DNA from: an uncultured Enterobacteriaceae bacterium
GTDB lineage: Bacteria; Pseudomonadota; Gammaproteobacteria; Ga0077536
NCBI GenBank assembly: GCA_964342175.1
Contig: CAYFFH010000001.1
Coordinates: 1 to 43,937 of the forward strand
DNA: 43,937 nucleotides
Direction: 5' to 3'
Below the pieces are notes generated by a model. It worked only from the letters and a program-made list of their open reading frames with translations, ran no database searches and was not told the DNA's origin. The first letter of the stretch is position 1, and each line of letters starts with the position of its first letter. Both the position numbers and the translations under genes were made by a program. Shown one piece after another: positions 19,291 through 28,408 of this stretch.

Positions 19291-21441
19291 TTAGGTGGTT
19301 AGTCTTCGATAGATGTCGGCAACTTTCAATGGCAGTTTCTTGACCTCATCTATAACCGCATAGTTTGCCACCCCGTACATGTGTGGCAGGTAATCTTGTG
19401 CCTCCTTATCAATCGTAATACAGAACGAGTGGATCCCATCGCGACGTAACTCGAGTAAAGCATGGCGAGTGTCTTCGATGCCATAGCGGCCCTTATAACC
19501 ACCATAGTCCTCCGGCCGCCCGTCGGACAGGGTAATTAATATTTTCGTTCGGGCTCGGGTCATGTTCAATAGATGTCCGAGGTGCCGAATCGCCACGCCC
19601 ATGCGAGTATAGCTTTTCGGTCTTATGCCGCTAATCCGCTCACGCACAAACCTCGTATACGCTTCATCAAAGCGCTTAACTCGATAAATTTCACAACGTT
19701 TATTCGTTCGTCCGGAAAAACCATAAATCGCATAACGATCACCAAGCGTCTCTAGCGCTTCGCACAAAAGTATTAGGGATTCGCGTTCCGCATCGTTGAC
19801 CCAACCAAGAGTTGAACCACTCATATCGACCATAAACATTACCGCAATGTTACGATCGAGGTTCCGAAAACGTGTATATACATAGTCACTCATCTCGCGC
19901 CCACTAGCCAAATCGGCATGGGCTTCTACCAAGGCATCAATATCAATGTCATCACCCTGCGATTGCCTTCGTTGCAGCTTCGCTTCTCCGAGAACGGCCT
20001 CAAATGTTTTTTTGATTGATTTTAGTAAACCATGGTATTTCGCCAACGTATCTTCGACGAAACCCTCTTCGCCGGTCGGGACATCGAATTCGCTTAGCTG
20101 GCAGAATCCCTCTCGATAACGCTGCCGAGTGTAATCCCACTCTCTGTAGCTGATTGCGTCTTTTAATTCACTATTATTATCAACACCTGCTGACTGCCCA
20201 CCACCGTCTGATTCTAGCTGGTCCGGATACATCCCCGCATTGACACCCTCCAGGTGATCATCAGGAATCTCGCCGAAATCCTGTAAAATGGAACTCAATA
20301 AGGCTTCTAACTCAGCGGTCATCTCGACTTGCTCACCGTCGTAGCTCAACTCGAAATTGATCTCACCGTCAGACCCTGGGTCACCCTCCTCGGTCAGGCT
20401 GAACTCCCCCATTTCCTTCGGATTATCGGTCGTTTCTGGATCTCCTCCATTCGGTTCTTGCAATGTACGTTGAAGTTCAGCCAACGCCTGCTTCATTGCT
20501 GCTTTTTCACGTTCGATGCGGGCAAACATCGCTTCACGGATTTGTTGGAGGCGAATTTCACCCTGGTAACACTTTAATTGCGGAAGCGAAACTGATCCAA
20601 AATCAGGAATCAGCGCAATGCTGTCCATCGCGGATGCGGCAGGGTCGGCTAGAAACGGAGCACGTTCGCGCCAAATATCCCACTCTTGTTTATGCATAGC
20701 TGAACGGTAGCCAAGCGCTTCGAATTGACGGTACATCCCGGGAAATTCCCGGGATACACACGCATCGAGACGGATACATTCTAGGCAGTTAAAAATTGCG
20801 CTAGTAGTTACCGTATCCGGCATGCGTAATAATCTTTCAACAACCTGATAGCGCCACGTTCCGTACCACGACTGCGCCCATAAATGAACCGCTGTGAGTT
20901 TGAAAATGGAAAAGTTCAGATCACGCTCGTTAAATTGATTTACTATTTCTGGAAGGAATATTTTTTCGGTGTCTGTATATGTATCTGCAGAAGTAGTGAT
21001 GATCATTTCACGGCCGCCAAGACCCGTAACAAAATGCTGCAAAAATTGTGCGACAAGGTCAAAAGAACAACTATTATGTCGTGAGCGATAAGCTTCTACG
21101 TACTGAGGTAGTTTTTCTAATATGTCGATACTGGCCCCAAGCCCTCTGTTGTCGAACTCGTCCATAGCAGCCATTAGCCAAGTTTCCACGCCGTTACGGT
21201 CCAATTCGTCAAAAGCAGCAGCCGCGCGATTAACAAAATGGCCGGCAAGCTCCTCATTAGATCGTCTTATAATTTCTGCCCAGTGATAAATGAAATCCTG
21301 ATTTTCGCGGTCGAGGGCGGCAAATTCAGAAATCAATTCAGCATCGCGACCCTGACGCTCCATCGCCGAACCGGTTACTTTTTCCAAGTCTTTTTGAACA
21401 CGGATCTTATTTAGAAAACTCTGGCGGCTTTCAACTGACAT
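19291..21441 (-). CDS. CbbO/NorD-family von Willebrand factor A protein, the adaptor of a MoxR-type AAA+
   Basis: 716 aa. It has a helical N-region, a roughly 100-aa acidic linker, and a C-terminal VWA domain with an intact MIDAS (VDMSGS ... ITLSDGRPED). It lies immediately downstream of a CbbQ/NorQ gene. Confidence 0.85.
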   Translation of the reverse strand: MSVESRQSFLNKIRVQKDLEKVTGSAMERQGRDAELISEFAALDRENQDFIYHWAEIIRRSNEELAGHFVNRAAAAFDELDRNGVETWLMAAMDEFDNRGLGASIDILEKLPQYVEAYRSRHNSCSFDLVAQFLQHFVTGLGGREMIITTSADTYTDTEKIFLPEIVNQFNERDLNFSIFKLTAVHLWAQSWYGTWRYQVVERLLRMPDTVTTSAIFNCLECIRLDACVSREFPGMYRQFEALGYRSAMHKQEWDIWRERAPFLADPAASAMDSIALIPDFGSVSLPQLKCYQGEIRLQQIREAMFARIEREKAAMKQALAELQRTLQEPNGGDPETTDNPKEMGEFSLTEEGDPGSDGEINFELSYDGEQVEMTAELEALLSSILQDFGEIPDDHLEGVNAGMYPDQLESDGGGQSAGVDNNSELKDAISYREWDYTRQRYREGFCQLSEFDVPTGEEGFVEDTLAKYHGLLKSIKKTFEAVLGEAKLQRRQSQGDDIDIDALVEAHADLASGREMSDYVYTRFRNLDRNIAVMFMVDMSGSTLGWVNDAERESLILLCEALETLGDRYAIYGFSGRTNKRCEIYRVKRFDEAYTRFVRERISGIRPKSYTRMGVAIRHLGHLLNMTRARTKILITLSDGRPEDYGGYKGRYGIEDTRHALLELRRDGIHSFCITIDKEAQDYLPHMYGVANYAVIDEVKKLPLKVADIYRRLTT

Positions 21442-21620
21442 CAGTAGCGTTCCAAAATACTATCTAGACTCAGCTGTCTCACAATCATTCAAACCGGAAA
21501 CCCCGATTGCGAAAACTTGTCGGAATCCTTTTCAAAAAAGATAAAATATACAAGCGAGCAACAAACGTTTTCGCTCCTTAAATTAGGTTGTTGGAGCACT
21601 ATCGTGTTCAGACGTAAAAT

Positions 21621-22436
21621 TCAAAATACGGAACGACTGAGTTCGTGTACCGCTTTCAACATATCAACGTCATCGGTAAGTGCTAGCGCAACAGCGGTAT
21701 CAGTCGCGACCACCGGCTCTATACCGGAGACAATCAACTTCGCTGCGTTAACTAGTAGGCGAGTACTAGCCCCCTCATCCAATCCTCCGCCCTTCAGGTT
21801 CCTAGTCATTATTCCGAATTTCACTAGATGTTTTGCAACTGCAGGATCAATTCCCTTCGCCTCGTTCTCCACGATCAATTGCTCCTTATCCGCATCAAGG
21901 TAATCAAACTCTAGTGCCACAAAGCGCTGCCGAGTGCTCTGCTTCAGATCCTTCAAGACACTCTGATAACCTGGATTGTAAGAAATCGCTAAGCAAAACT
22001 CATTTGGAACCTGCAACAATTCTCCAAGCTTTTCAATTGGAAGTAGGCGACGGTCATCGCATAATGGATGGATTACCACTGAGGTATCTTTACGTGCTTC
22101 GACGACCTCATCCAGGTAGCAAATGCAACCGTTGCGTGCCGCTCGGGTCAGTGGTCCATCGACCCACACGGTTTCACCACCTTTCACCAAATAGCGTCCG
22201 ACTAAATCGGAAGCAGTAAGATCATCGTGGCAGGCTACGGTGATCATTGGCCGCTGCAGAAACCAGCTCATGTATTCTATAAAACGGGTTTTACCGCAAC
22301 CAGTCGGGCCCTTGAGTAATACCGGCAGCTGGTTTTTATAAGCGGCTGCGAAAACACGGATTTCGTCCCCTACCGGCTCATAATAAGGCTCCTCGGTAAC
22401 CAAATTTTCTTCTGTTCGGATCGCTTGAATTGACAT
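21621..22436 (-). CDS. CbbQ/NorQ/NirQ-family MoxR AAA+ ATPase
   Basis: From ATG 22436 the product is 271 aa. It has [10 protein letters not shown], Walker [12 protein letters not shown], Walker [11 protein letters not shown], and [21 protein letters not shown], nearly collinear with characterised CbbQ. The ORF-track start at 22469 is a TTG extension. Confidence 0.9.
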   Translation of the reverse strand: MSIQAIRTEENLVTEEPYYEPVGDEIRVFAAAYKNQLPVLLKGPTGCGKTRFIEYMSWFLQRPMITVACHDDLTASDLVGRYLVKGGETVWVDGPLTRAARNGCICYLDEVVEARKDTSVVIHPLCDDRRLLPIEKLGELLQVPNEFCLAISYNPGYQSVLKDLKQSTRQRFVALEFDYLDADKEQLIVENEAKGIDPAVAKHLVKFGIMTRNLKGGGLDEGASTRLLVNAAKLIVSGIEPVVATDTAVALALTDDVDMLKAVHELSRSVF

Positions 22437-22672
22437 CGATTTTACGCCTGAATAACTCCCACTGGACAATCACACAACGCCGACCCGCGTCTGGCCGGGA
22501 TGCATTGCTGCTGTGCATTGTGCCCGACTTTATATGTCTCCGCACCGCCGTAACCTCGAAATTCATCACAAATCGCCGATTTGTATACATGAAAACGACA
22601 CCGTAGTAGTCTTAGGGGACCGACTTGGCATTCAGCGAGCCGCACCGTAGCGGTGTATGTAGGAGAATTTCG

Positions 22673-23902
22673 ATGGAAGTAGGCGCCTTTTATCTACCGT
22701 CATTAGGTCGCAAAGAAGACATAGAGGCCGGAATGGCCGGCAAACGGACCGATCTATATCAAATTATGCTTGAGGAGATCACCGAACAGCTCCAATTCAT
22801 GGATGATTTTGGTTACTACGGCTGCGGCACTACCGAGCACCATTTTCACGTCGAAGGTGAAGAGGTCTCGACCAACCCGGTCATGCTGAACGTGTACTTC
22901 GGAAGCAGGACCAAAAATATGAAATTCGGGCAACTTGGTAACGTCTTGCCATGCACAAACCCGATCAATCGTGCTGAAGACATCGCCATGATGTCGCAGA
23001 TGCTCGAAGGTCGCGCATTTGCAGGATTCGCACGCGGCTACCAACCTCGATGGGTGAACGTTCTGGGTCAGCAAGTTGGGCTCGGCGATCCGGGTACGGG
23101 CGAGGAGTACGAAGAGCTAAAGCGCTCACTGTTCGAAGAGCACTTCGAGATCATCATGAAGGCCTGGACCAACGATACTTTCAGCTTCCAAGGAAAACAT
23201 TGGAAAATACCGCCACGCCAGGACATCGATTGGCCGGCCGCGAAGGTATCCCACGAATTCGGCAAAGGCGTGCGGGCCGACGGCACTATCGAAGAAATTG
23301 GGATTGCGCCTGGGTTGTATAACAATAAGATGTTAGATCTATTCATGCCGTTCGCAACCTCCGAACGCTCGATCGCGTGGGGTATGGAGCGTGGCGTCGT
23401 TCCAGTGACAATCATGACTCATCCGGAGGTCATCAAAAGCCACTTCCGAGCGGGCCAAGAAGCTGCGGCGAAAGCTGGGCGTAACCTTAAATTTGGCCAA
23501 GGTATGGCGTTAACACGCGAGATAATCGTCGCTGATACTGACGCAGAAGCGGAACGCTTAGCGCGAGACGCCGGATCATTTATCTGGAACAAGTTTTTTA
23601 CGCCGTTCGGGTTCAATGCCGCTACAGCTGGACCTGGTGAAGGGCCATGGGACCCGCCGGCAACATTCGAAAACCTAGTCGAAAGCGGTCTATGCATTCA
23701 TGGATCGCCTAGCACGATTAACCGTAAGATCGAGGCGTTATTAACAGAACTACCGGTCGATTATTTGTGGATGTTCATCTATAACCATATGCCACATTCC
23801 GCGTTAATGCGAAGCATTGAATTACTGACCAACGAGGTGTGGCCGAACTTCACTGATAAAATAAAACCATCCGGCGGCAAAAAAGTCGCGTCAGCTGGTT
23901 AG
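22673..23902 (+). CDS. Luciferase-like (LLM-class) flavin-dependent monooxygenase/oxidoreductase, long form
   Basis: From ATG 22673 (SD AGGAG) the product is 409 aa. It has the LLM N-terminal pattern (FYLPS...FMDDFGYYGCGTTEHHFHVEGEEVSTNPVMLNVYFGSRTKNMKFGQLG...RAEDIAMMSQMLEGRAFAGFARG). Confidence 0.8.
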   Translation: MEVGAFYLPSLGRKEDIEAGMAGKRTDLYQIMLEEITEQLQFMDDFGYYGCGTTEHHFHVEGEEVSTNPVMLNVYFGSRTKNMKFGQLGNVLPCTNPINRAEDIAMMSQMLEGRAFAGFARGYQPRWVNVLGQQVGLGDPGTGEEYEELKRSLFEEHFEIIMKAWTNDTFSFQGKHWKIPPRQDIDWPAAKVSHEFGKGVRADGTIEEIGIAPGLYNNKMLDLFMPFATSERSIAWGMERGVVPVTIMTHPEVIKSHFRAGQEAAAKAGRNLKFGQGMALTREIIVADTDAEAERLARDAGSFIWNKFFTPFGFNAATAGPGEGPWDPPATFENLVESGLCIHGSPSTINRKIEALLTELPVDYLWMFIYNHMPHSALMRSIELLTNEVWPNFTDKIKPSGGKKVASAG

Positions 23903-23922
23903 CTGTGATGGAACGCGTGACG

Positions 23923-23951
23923 AAGCCCTGCTCAATGCGGGGCTTTTTTTT
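23923..23951 (+). terminator. Rho-independent terminator after the LLM gene
   Basis: AAGCCCTGC-tcaat-GCGGGGCTT forms a 9-bp stem with one G.U pair, running into a run of eight T (23944-23951). It starts 21 nt after the stop codon. Confidence 0.7.
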
Positions 23952-24126
23952 CAACTCTAAGAGCCTGGCGACATACAACCTAGTGTATCGAAATGACACC
24001 TAAAACTATATGCCCTAACAGCATACCTACTCAAACGTGACGATGGCGAAAATTAACCAAACGAAATCGCGATCGTTAAAGATACCCGCGCTGTCTTAGA
24101 TTCCTTAAGCCCTGGCGAGCGCTTCA

Positions 24127-24813
24127 ATGACTTCACGCAACGTACTCCTGGTCGAAGACCATCTCGACATCGCGGAGATGGTTTGGGAGTATCTGGAGTC
24201 TAAAGGCTATGTAGTCGATTACGCCTCGGATGGGGTCTCAGGTTTTCGCCTAGGTAATACCAACAACTACGATGTCATTATTCTCGACATCATGCTTCCT
24301 GGTCTCGACGGACTAGATGTTTGTCAACGTCTTCGAGAAGAGGCTCACAGTGACGTGCCGGTTTTAATGTTGACTGCACGCGACACCCTGGAAGAAAAAC
24401 TTTCTGGTTTCGATCGCGGTGCAGATGACTATCTCGTAAAACCTTTCGCACTTGAGGAGTTGGAGGCGCGGCTCGCGGCGCTGATCCGTCGTAATACGGA
24501 CTCAGTAGCTGAGGGCAACCTTTCAGTTGGGAGCCTCATTTTCAACGCTAAAACACTACAAGTTACCCGCGACGGATTTGAAATCACAGTAAGCCCGATC
24601 GGTTTGAAAATCTTACAATTATTAATGCGTAGATCGCCACGTGTAGTTCCCAGGAGAGATATTGAACGCGAGATTTGGGGCGATTTACCACCGGACAGCG
24701 ACGCTCTTCGAAGCCACATGTACACATTACGTAAGGTTATCGATAAACCTTTCGGGGCCCCGCTAATTCGCACTGTGCACGGTGCTGGATTTCGGTTAAC
24801 TGATGAAATCTGA
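24127..24813 (+). CDS. OmpR/PhoB-family response regulator
   Basis: 228 aa. The receiver domain has VLLVEDH, the phospho-acceptor context VIILDIMLPGLDG, and KPF. The C-terminus is a winged-helix (LRSHMYTLRKVID...IRTVHGAGFRL). Confidence 0.92.
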   Translation: MTSRNVLLVEDHLDIAEMVWEYLESKGYVVDYASDGVSGFRLGNTNNYDVIILDIMLPGLDGLDVCQRLREEAHSDVPVLMLTARDTLEEKLSGFDRGADDYLVKPFALEELEARLAALIRRNTDSVAEGNLSVGSLIFNAKTLQVTRDGFEITVSPIGLKILQLLMRRSPRVVPRRDIEREIWGDLPPDSDALRSHMYTLRKVIDKPFGAPLIRTVHGAGFRLTDEI

Positions 24814-26149
24814 TTCCAGCCGACGCTTAAATAGGCGCCTTTGGCGAGCATTTGTTATTCAGATCGTTTTGATCAGCGCATCAGCTGGCGTCGGTGTTTA
24901 TCTAGCTGAATTTGCTATTCGTGAAGTACTGATAGTCTCGGCGCTAAAACGAGAAGCAGACTATTTTTGGGCAAGAGAAAACATTGATCCATACACACCG
25001 GCACCAAATACGCATACATTGATTGGATATTTATTCGATGTCGATCTGTTTACGAGTTACCCCGAAGAATTTCAAGGGCTGGAAGCTGGGATTCACGACC
25101 TAATCACACCAGTCGGGAAATCAGTTGTTCACGTAAGCGATAATAATGGTCGACGGCTATTTCTTGTTTTTGACGCCGATAATATCCGACAACTCGCGGC
25201 CTATTTCGGTCTTGCTCCGCTCACCCTTCTGCTCATTGTTTTGTATTCGTCCGCATGGGTTGCTTACCGTATTGCAGGTCGCGCAGTATCGCCTTTGATT
25301 AAGCTCGCTCGGGAAGTCCGAGAGCTAGATTTAGAGGCATCGGATACCGTGACATTAGCGAATACAAACGAGTTGAAAGGTGCCGATGATGAGATATTGA
25401 TCTTATCCCACGCTCTTGAGCAACTTGTCGAACGGGTCAACAAATTTGTTGAGCGCGAACGTATTTTTACACGTGAGACCAGTCATGAATTAAGAAGTCC
25501 ACTTACAGTTATAAAAATTGCGAGCGAGATGCTGTTAACACGAGACGATATCAGTGAAACCAATCGATCGACGGCAATAAAGATCCAACGTGCAGCTAAA
25601 GATATGGAAGAACTAACGCAAGCATTCCTGCTTTTGGCAAGAGAAGCAGAATCCAGCGCGACAAGGGAGAAAGTTTGTGTCAACGACATAGTACGCACCG
25701 AAATGTCCCGATGCGAACTAGTTTACGGGGAGAAGAATCTACGGCTTGATTACATTGAAAAAGGTAGTCTCTGGGTTTCGGCGTCGCCAAAAATTTTGCC
25801 CATAGTGATCGGAAACCTGATCCGAAACGCTTGCGCTTATACCGAACAAGGCCACGTTCAGGTGCTAGTTTCAGACGCAAAGGTACGTATCGAAGATAGC
25901 GGAATAGGAATCCACGACGACCAGATAAAAGCAGTCTTTTCCCCTTATTACAGAGCGCCAAACGCACGCGAAAGCGGACACGGAATCGGTTTAAGCTTAG
26001 TAAAACGAATGACCGATCGCTTCGATTGGCCCATCAATATTACGAGTCGCCCGGGGCATGGTACGGTGGTTGAGGTACAATTTCCTGGGGCCGAGTTCAC
26101 GAAGTCGCAGGGATCCTCGATTAAGGCCACTACCACCGCTGCATTTTGA
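24803..26149 (+). CDS. Sensor histidine kinase (two TM segments, HisKA + HATPase_c)
   Basis: 448 aa, overlapping the regulator gene by 11 nt. It has the H-box TSHELRSPLT, N-box GNLIRNACAYT, G1 IEDSGIGI and G2 GHGIGLSLVKR. Two hydrophobic segments flank a periplasmic loop of roughly 100 aa. Confidence 0.9.
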   Translation: MKSDSSRRLNRRLWRAFVIQIVLISASAGVGVYLAEFAIREVLIVSALKREADYFWARENIDPYTPAPNTHTLIGYLFDVDLFTSYPEEFQGLEAGIHDLITPVGKSVVHVSDNNGRRLFLVFDADNIRQLAAYFGLAPLTLLLIVLYSSAWVAYRIAGRAVSPLIKLAREVRELDLEASDTVTLANTNELKGADDEILILSHALEQLVERVNKFVERERIFTRETSHELRSPLTVIKIASEMLLTRDDISETNRSTAIKIQRAAKDMEELTQAFLLLAREAESSATREKVCVNDIVRTEMSRCELVYGEKNLRLDYIEKGSLWVSASPKILPIVIGNLIRNACAYTEQGHVQVLVSDAKVRIEDSGIGIHDDQIKAVFSPYYRAPNARESGHGIGLSLVKRMTDRFDWPINITSRPGHGTVVEVQFPGAEFTKSQGSSIKATTTAAF

Positions 26150-26331
26150 GTAGATCGAACCAGCGCCGAATCGGGAAAACAGCTTTTATGTGCACGCGTG
26201 CCGCGAGTCCTGCGCACTACTAACACATAAGGAAACTGATGCGCAGGAGACCTGAGCTTGGTAGCCTATGGTTGTATTCGTTCATTTCGTATCATAGCGG
26301 GCACCTAAAGAAAAGTCCGCTGGAGTAAAGC

Positions 26332-27306
26332 ATGGCCACAACCCTATCCGTCGAAGACCTGCTCGATGCTTACCGCACAATGAAGACGATCCGGGAATTT
26401 GAGGAACGCGTGCACGTTGAATTCGCTAAGGGTGGAATCCCAGGTTTCGTTCATCTCTATGCGGGAGAAGAAGCATCGGCGACGGGAGTATGCATGAACC
26501 TTGAAGAGGACGACTACATCGCAAGCAACCATAGAGGGCACGGGCATTGCATTGCTAAGGGAGTTGAAGTTACTGGGATGATGTCGGAGATTTATGGGAA
26601 AGGAAGTGGCACGTGTCACGGAAAGGGTGGTTCGATGCACATTGCTGACCTTGACGTCGGCATGATGGGAGCAAATGGTATTGTCGGCGGCGGCCCACCG
26701 CTTGTATGTGGTGCAGGCTTGACCGCAAAGTTACGAGGGAAAGGTAACATTGCGCTAGCGTTTTTTGGCGACGGCGCATCGAACCAAGGTACCACCCTCG
26801 AAAGCATGAACCTTGCTTCGGTATGGAAACTCCCCGTTGTTTTCGTCGCAGAAAATAATGGCTATGCGGAAGCAACGGCCAGCTCCTGGTCGGTATCATG
26901 TAAAGATATTTCGACACGCGCTGCGGGTTTTGGCATGCCTGGGACCACGATTGATGGTCATGATTTCTTTGCTGTACATGAAGCTACAAGAGCGGCTGTT
27001 GAGCGTGCTCGCTCTGGGGGCGGTCCGAGCTTGATAGAGTGCAAACTAGACCGATTTTTTGGTCACTTTGAGGGCGACAACCAAAAATACCGAGAGCCAA
27101 ACGAAGTAAAAACGATCCGTGAGGAAAGCGACTGCATAAAGCGGTTCAGCAATACCATCACCAACGATACGGAGATTACGGTCAGTGACTTAGCTACAAT
27201 CGATGGGGAGGTGCAAATACTTATCGATGATGCCGTCGACAAAGCAATTGCTGGTGCCGATCCTGAGCCTGAGAAGTTACTCACCGACGTCTACATTAGA
27301 TATTGA
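26332..27306 (+). CDS. acoA: TPP-dependent acetoin:acceptor oxidoreductase / 2-oxoacid dehydrogenase E1 alpha subunit
   Basis: 324 aa. It has the TPP-binding motif FFGDGASNQG...FVAENNGYA and the N-terminal MKTIREFEERV typical of E1-alpha/AcoA. Confidence 0.9.
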   Translation: MATTLSVEDLLDAYRTMKTIREFEERVHVEFAKGGIPGFVHLYAGEEASATGVCMNLEEDDYIASNHRGHGHCIAKGVEVTGMMSEIYGKGSGTCHGKGGSMHIADLDVGMMGANGIVGGGPPLVCGAGLTAKLRGKGNIALAFFGDGASNQGTTLESMNLASVWKLPVVFVAENNGYAEATASSWSVSCKDISTRAAGFGMPGTTIDGHDFFAVHEATRAAVERARSGGGPSLIECKLDRFFGHFEGDNQKYREPNEVKTIREESDCIKRFSNTITNDTEITVSDLATIDGEVQILIDDAVDKAIAGADPEPEKLLTDVYIRY

Positions 27307-27344
27307 TCTTATGAAACCAGAATAGCGACCTCAGGAGCAAGACA

Positions 27345-28358
27345 ATGGCACGTAAGATCCTTTATCAAGATGCTATCAACGAGGCCCTAGATCAGGAAAT
27401 GGCCCGCGATGACAGCGTCATCGTCATGGGGGAAGATGTGGTTGGAGGCACAGGCGCTGGCGGGGAGATGGACGCGTGGGGCGGAGTATTAGGGGTAACC
27501 AAAGGCCTGTACGGTAAATATGGAGATCGCATCATGGATTCTCCGATTAGTGAATCAGCGTTAGTCGGCGCTGCTGTGGGTGCGGCTGCAACCGGCATGC
27601 GCCCCGTCTGTGAACTTATGTTCATCGATTTCATGGGAGTATGCTTCGATCAAATCTACAACCAAGCGGCGAAATTTCGATACATGTTCGGTGGTAAGGC
27701 AACAACACCCGTGGTGATCCGGACAATGTATGGCGCCGGATTTCGCGCTGCCGCACAGCATTCTCAATGCCTCTACAATATCTTTACTCATGTGCCTGGG
27801 CTAAAGGTTGTCATGCCTTCTAGCCCCTATGATGCCAAGGGATTGTTGATCCAAGCGATCCGCGATGACGATCCGGTTATTTTTTGTGAGCATAAAGCTC
27901 TCTATGCAACAGAAGGTGACGTACCTGAGGAGTCCTATGCAATTCCATTTGGTGAGGCGAATATTGTTCGCGAAGGTGACGACGTCACTATAGTCGCACT
28001 CGGGCGTATGGTAAGGTTCGCCAACAAGGCCGCTGAAGCATTGGCAGCAGACGGAATAAATTGCGAGATCGTCGATCCCCGGACCAGCTCACCATTTGAC
28101 GAAGACACGGTTCTTGAAAGCGTCGAGACTACCGGACGGTTGGTTGTCGTCGATGAATCGAATCCTCGCTGCTCCATGGCAACCGACATCTCGAGCCTAG
28201 TATCGCAGAAAGGCTTCGGTTTTTTACAAGCACCAATCGAAATGGTAACGGCACCGCATACACCGGTACCGTTCAGCGGCGCGCTTGAAGACCTTTATAT
28301 TCCGAGCCCCGATAAGATCGAGGCCGCGGTGCGGAAAACCGTAGCATATGGAAACTGA
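27345..28358 (+). CDS. acoB: Acetoin dehydrogenase / 2-oxoacid dehydrogenase E1 beta subunit
   Basis: 337 aa with transketolase-like pyrimidine and C-terminal domains (INEALDQEMARDDSVIVMGEDV, DSPISESALVGAAVGAA, VVMPSSPYDAKGLL). Confidence 0.9.
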   Translation: MARKILYQDAINEALDQEMARDDSVIVMGEDVVGGTGAGGEMDAWGGVLGVTKGLYGKYGDRIMDSPISESALVGAAVGAAATGMRPVCELMFIDFMGVCFDQIYNQAAKFRYMFGGKATTPVVIRTMYGAGFRAAAQHSQCLYNIFTHVPGLKVVMPSSPYDAKGLLIQAIRDDDPVIFCEHKALYATEGDVPEESYAIPFGEANIVREGDDVTIVALGRMVRFANKAAEALAADGINCEIVDPRTSSPFDEDTVLESVETTGRLVVVDESNPRCSMATDISSLVSQKGFGFLQAPIEMVTAPHTPVPFSGALEDLYIPSPDKIEAAVRKTVAYGN

Positions 28359-28408
28359 TAGATTGCCAGAGCAATCAGTCCTCAAATAACGCGATATGGT
28401 CGAAACTT

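Noticed and set aside
19291-22436. CbbQ/CbbO as evidence of a carboxysome/RuBisCO (autotrophy) locus
   Set aside because: No RuBisCO, carboxysome shell, carbonic anhydrase or DAB genes are in the window. It is kept as an orphan-remodeler finding instead of a carbon-fixation call.
23964-24118. A repeated 8-mer CCTGGCGA (23964-23971 and 24111-24118) upstream of the response-regulator gene as autoregulatory binding sites
   Set aside because: A single 8-mer pair spaced about 147 bp apart is near chance expectation. It also does not resemble the closely spaced direct repeats bound by OmpR-family proteins.
26150-26331. A sigma54 (-24/-12) promoter upstream of acoA
   Set aside because: I scanned for TGGCAC-N5-TTGC(A/T) and found only a poor resemblance (TGGTAGCCTATGGTTGT) lacking the GC of the -12 element. 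No call is made.
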